Shown here in pieces: positions 5,150 through 6,009 of a stretch of 6,009 nucleotides of DNA; within the stretch, counting starts at the first letter, position 1, and the number at the start of each line of letters is the position of its first letter. This stretch comes from Nanopusillaceae archaeon (GTDB lineage: Archaea > Nanobdellota > Nanobdellia > Nanobdellales > Nanobdellaceae). A program made the translations under genes and the position numbers. The notes below the pieces were generated by a model. The model saw only the letters and a program-made list of their open reading frames with translations. It was not told the DNA's origin and did no database searches. The stretch covers positions 1 to 6,009 of the forward strand of contig JBMFJL010000035.1 in assembly GCA_049973735.1 (NCBI GenBank), given 5' to 3'.

Positions 5150-5157
5150 TTTATAAA
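5150..5157 (-). promoter_or_regulatory. TATA box TTTATAAA for rrp42.
   Basis: Palindromic octamer. On the minus strand its first T (5157) is exactly 31 nt upstream of the rrp42 ATG (5126). Confidence 0.45.
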
Positions 5158-5208
5158 GTTGATAACCAATATGCAAAAATCAATAAACCCAAAGAAAATA
5201 ATAAAAGT

Positions 5209-5224
5209 AAAAAATCTAAAAAAA
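5209..5224 (-). terminator. Two oligo-T runs (T7 and T6 on the minus strand) downstream of the surface-protein gene.
   Basis: The plus strand has A7 at 5218-5224 and A6 at 5209-5214. On the minus strand these begin about 24 nt after the TAA at 5250..5248. Oligo-T tracts are the known archaeal termination signal. Confidence 0.4.
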
Positions 5225-5247
5225 GCTCTTTAACTTTTTCATTCAAT

Positions 5248-6009
5248 TTACTCTACTTTTGTTGCTGTTGGTTGTCCGTTTACTGTTTGTTGTGTATTTA
5301 CTAATACTACTCTTGCTTGATCAAATACATTTGCACTGTATCCTGTTGTTAGATATGTTGCGAATAGTTGTGTTGCTTGTGTTGTATCTGGTCCTTCCCA
5401 TCCAAATATTACTACTTCATTTGATGATGGTGGTACGAATACTAATGCTGTACCTGGTCCAAAGTTGACTCCTAATTGTTGTAATACTGGTTGTAATTGT
5501 GATCCATATATGTATCCTCCGTTTTGTGCTGCTACTTGTGCTAATTGTTGTCCTAGTGTTGAATTCTCTGCAGATACCCAGTTAATTACAGCTTGAGCTG
5601 CTAATGTGTTAATTGCTGGTCCACCTACTACTACTATGTTTTGTGTTGTTGGTGATACTTGTGTATCTAATACTACTTTACCAATTAATGCTGTTGGTGC
5701 AGAATATGTTGTTACTGTTTGTGATGATAATCCTTGTACACCTTGTACAACATAACTTGTTCCTGGTACAGTTTGTCCTACACCCAATGTTATTGTTTGT
5801 TCTTGTGCTTGTGCTCCAACTGGTGCTAATGCTAAGTTGTATGTGACTGGTGTTTGTGGTACATAGATTGTTAATGATGGTGTTCCTGAAGATGGTGAAT
5901 TATATACAACGAATACTCCAGCTTGATCTAAATATTCTGTTACTGATCCTGATGGTGAAGAAGATGCTTGTTGAGATTGTCCATTTGCAACAATTGGCGA
6001 TTGTATTCC
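5248..6009 (-). CDS. S-layer-like or cell-surface protein, C-terminal 253 codons. The 5' end lies beyond the right window edge.
   Basis: I extended the ORF-track frame by hand. 5788-6009 has no stop and reads GIQSPIVANGQSQQASSSPSGSVTEYLDQAGVFVVYNSPSSGTPSLTIYVPQTPVTYNLALAPVGAQAQEQTITL, running into GVGQTVPG.... No ATG, GTG or TTG occurs in that stretch, so the TTG at 5787 is internal. The protein is rich in T, Q, V, G, S and A and has only 2 Lys and 1 Arg in 253 aa. The motif VVVGGPAINTLAAQ resembles the VGGPxxN motif of archaeal S-layer C-terminal domains. Codons are strongly A/T-ending. Confidence 0.65.
   Translation of the reverse strand, partial: GIQSPIVANGQSQQASSSPSGSVTEYLDQAGVFVVYNSPSSGTPSLTIYVPQTPVTYNLALAPVGAQAQEQTITLGVGQTVPGTSYVVQGVQGLSSQTVTTYSAPTALIGKVVLDTQVSPTTQNIVVVGGPAINTLAAQAVINWVSAENSTLGQQLAQVAAQNGGYIYGSQLQPVLQQLGVNFGPGTALVFVPPSSNEVVIFGWEGPDTTQATQLFATYLTTGYSANVFDQARVVLVNTQQTVNGQPTATKVE

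Noticed and set aside
5259-5846. Two + strand ORFs (5259..5468 and 5613..5846), very Leu/Val-rich.
   Set aside because: They are antisense shadows of the surface-protein gene. A sense strand rich in CAA, ACA and GTA codons gives TTG, TGT and TAC codons on the opposite strand.
1-6009. CRISPR array, rRNA or IS element.
   Set aside because: There are no regularly spaced direct repeats, no rRNA-like GC-rich stretches other than the tRNA, and no transposase-like ORF or terminal inverted repeats.

Overview
This is a strongly AT-rich, tightly packed archaeal chromosomal window with nine protein genes and one tRNA. No CRISPR array, rRNA or recognisable mobile element is present.

Genes, left to right:
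- A 3'-truncated AAA_14/DUF4143-type ATPase (-), which has no in-frame canonical start codon.
- asnS, asparaginyl-tRNA synthetase (-), whose ATG overlaps the stop of an upstream 138-aa hypothetical gene (-).
- acyP, acylphosphatase (+), divergent from that pair.
- A 137-aa coiled-coil orphan (+).
- A very GC-rich tRNA-Val(GAC) (+).
- Two tandem paralogous small K/E-rich helical proteins (+).
- rpoK/rpo6 (-) and exosome rrp42 (-).
- The C-terminal 253 codons of a Thr/Gln/Val/Gly-rich, charge-poor S-layer-like surface protein (-). Its frame stays open to the right window edge, so the ORF track's TTG start at 5787 is internal.

The all-G:C tRNA stems in an AT-rich background, together with Rpo6, Rrp42 and TATA-like boxes about 31 nt upstream of most ATGs, point to a low-GC thermophilic archaeon with mostly leaderless mRNAs. 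A scrambled-operon lineage such as Nanoarchaeota/DPANN or a crenarchaeote is only a guess.

Most worth a second look:
- The MKGLL paralog pair, with identical TATA octamers at identical spacing.
- The start-less, frame-split ATPase, whose promoter-like TATA is bracketed by a perfect inverted repeat.
- The T at tRNA position 37.
- rrp42 detached from rrp4/rrp41.

All family assignments come from reading motifs by eye. No database search was run.
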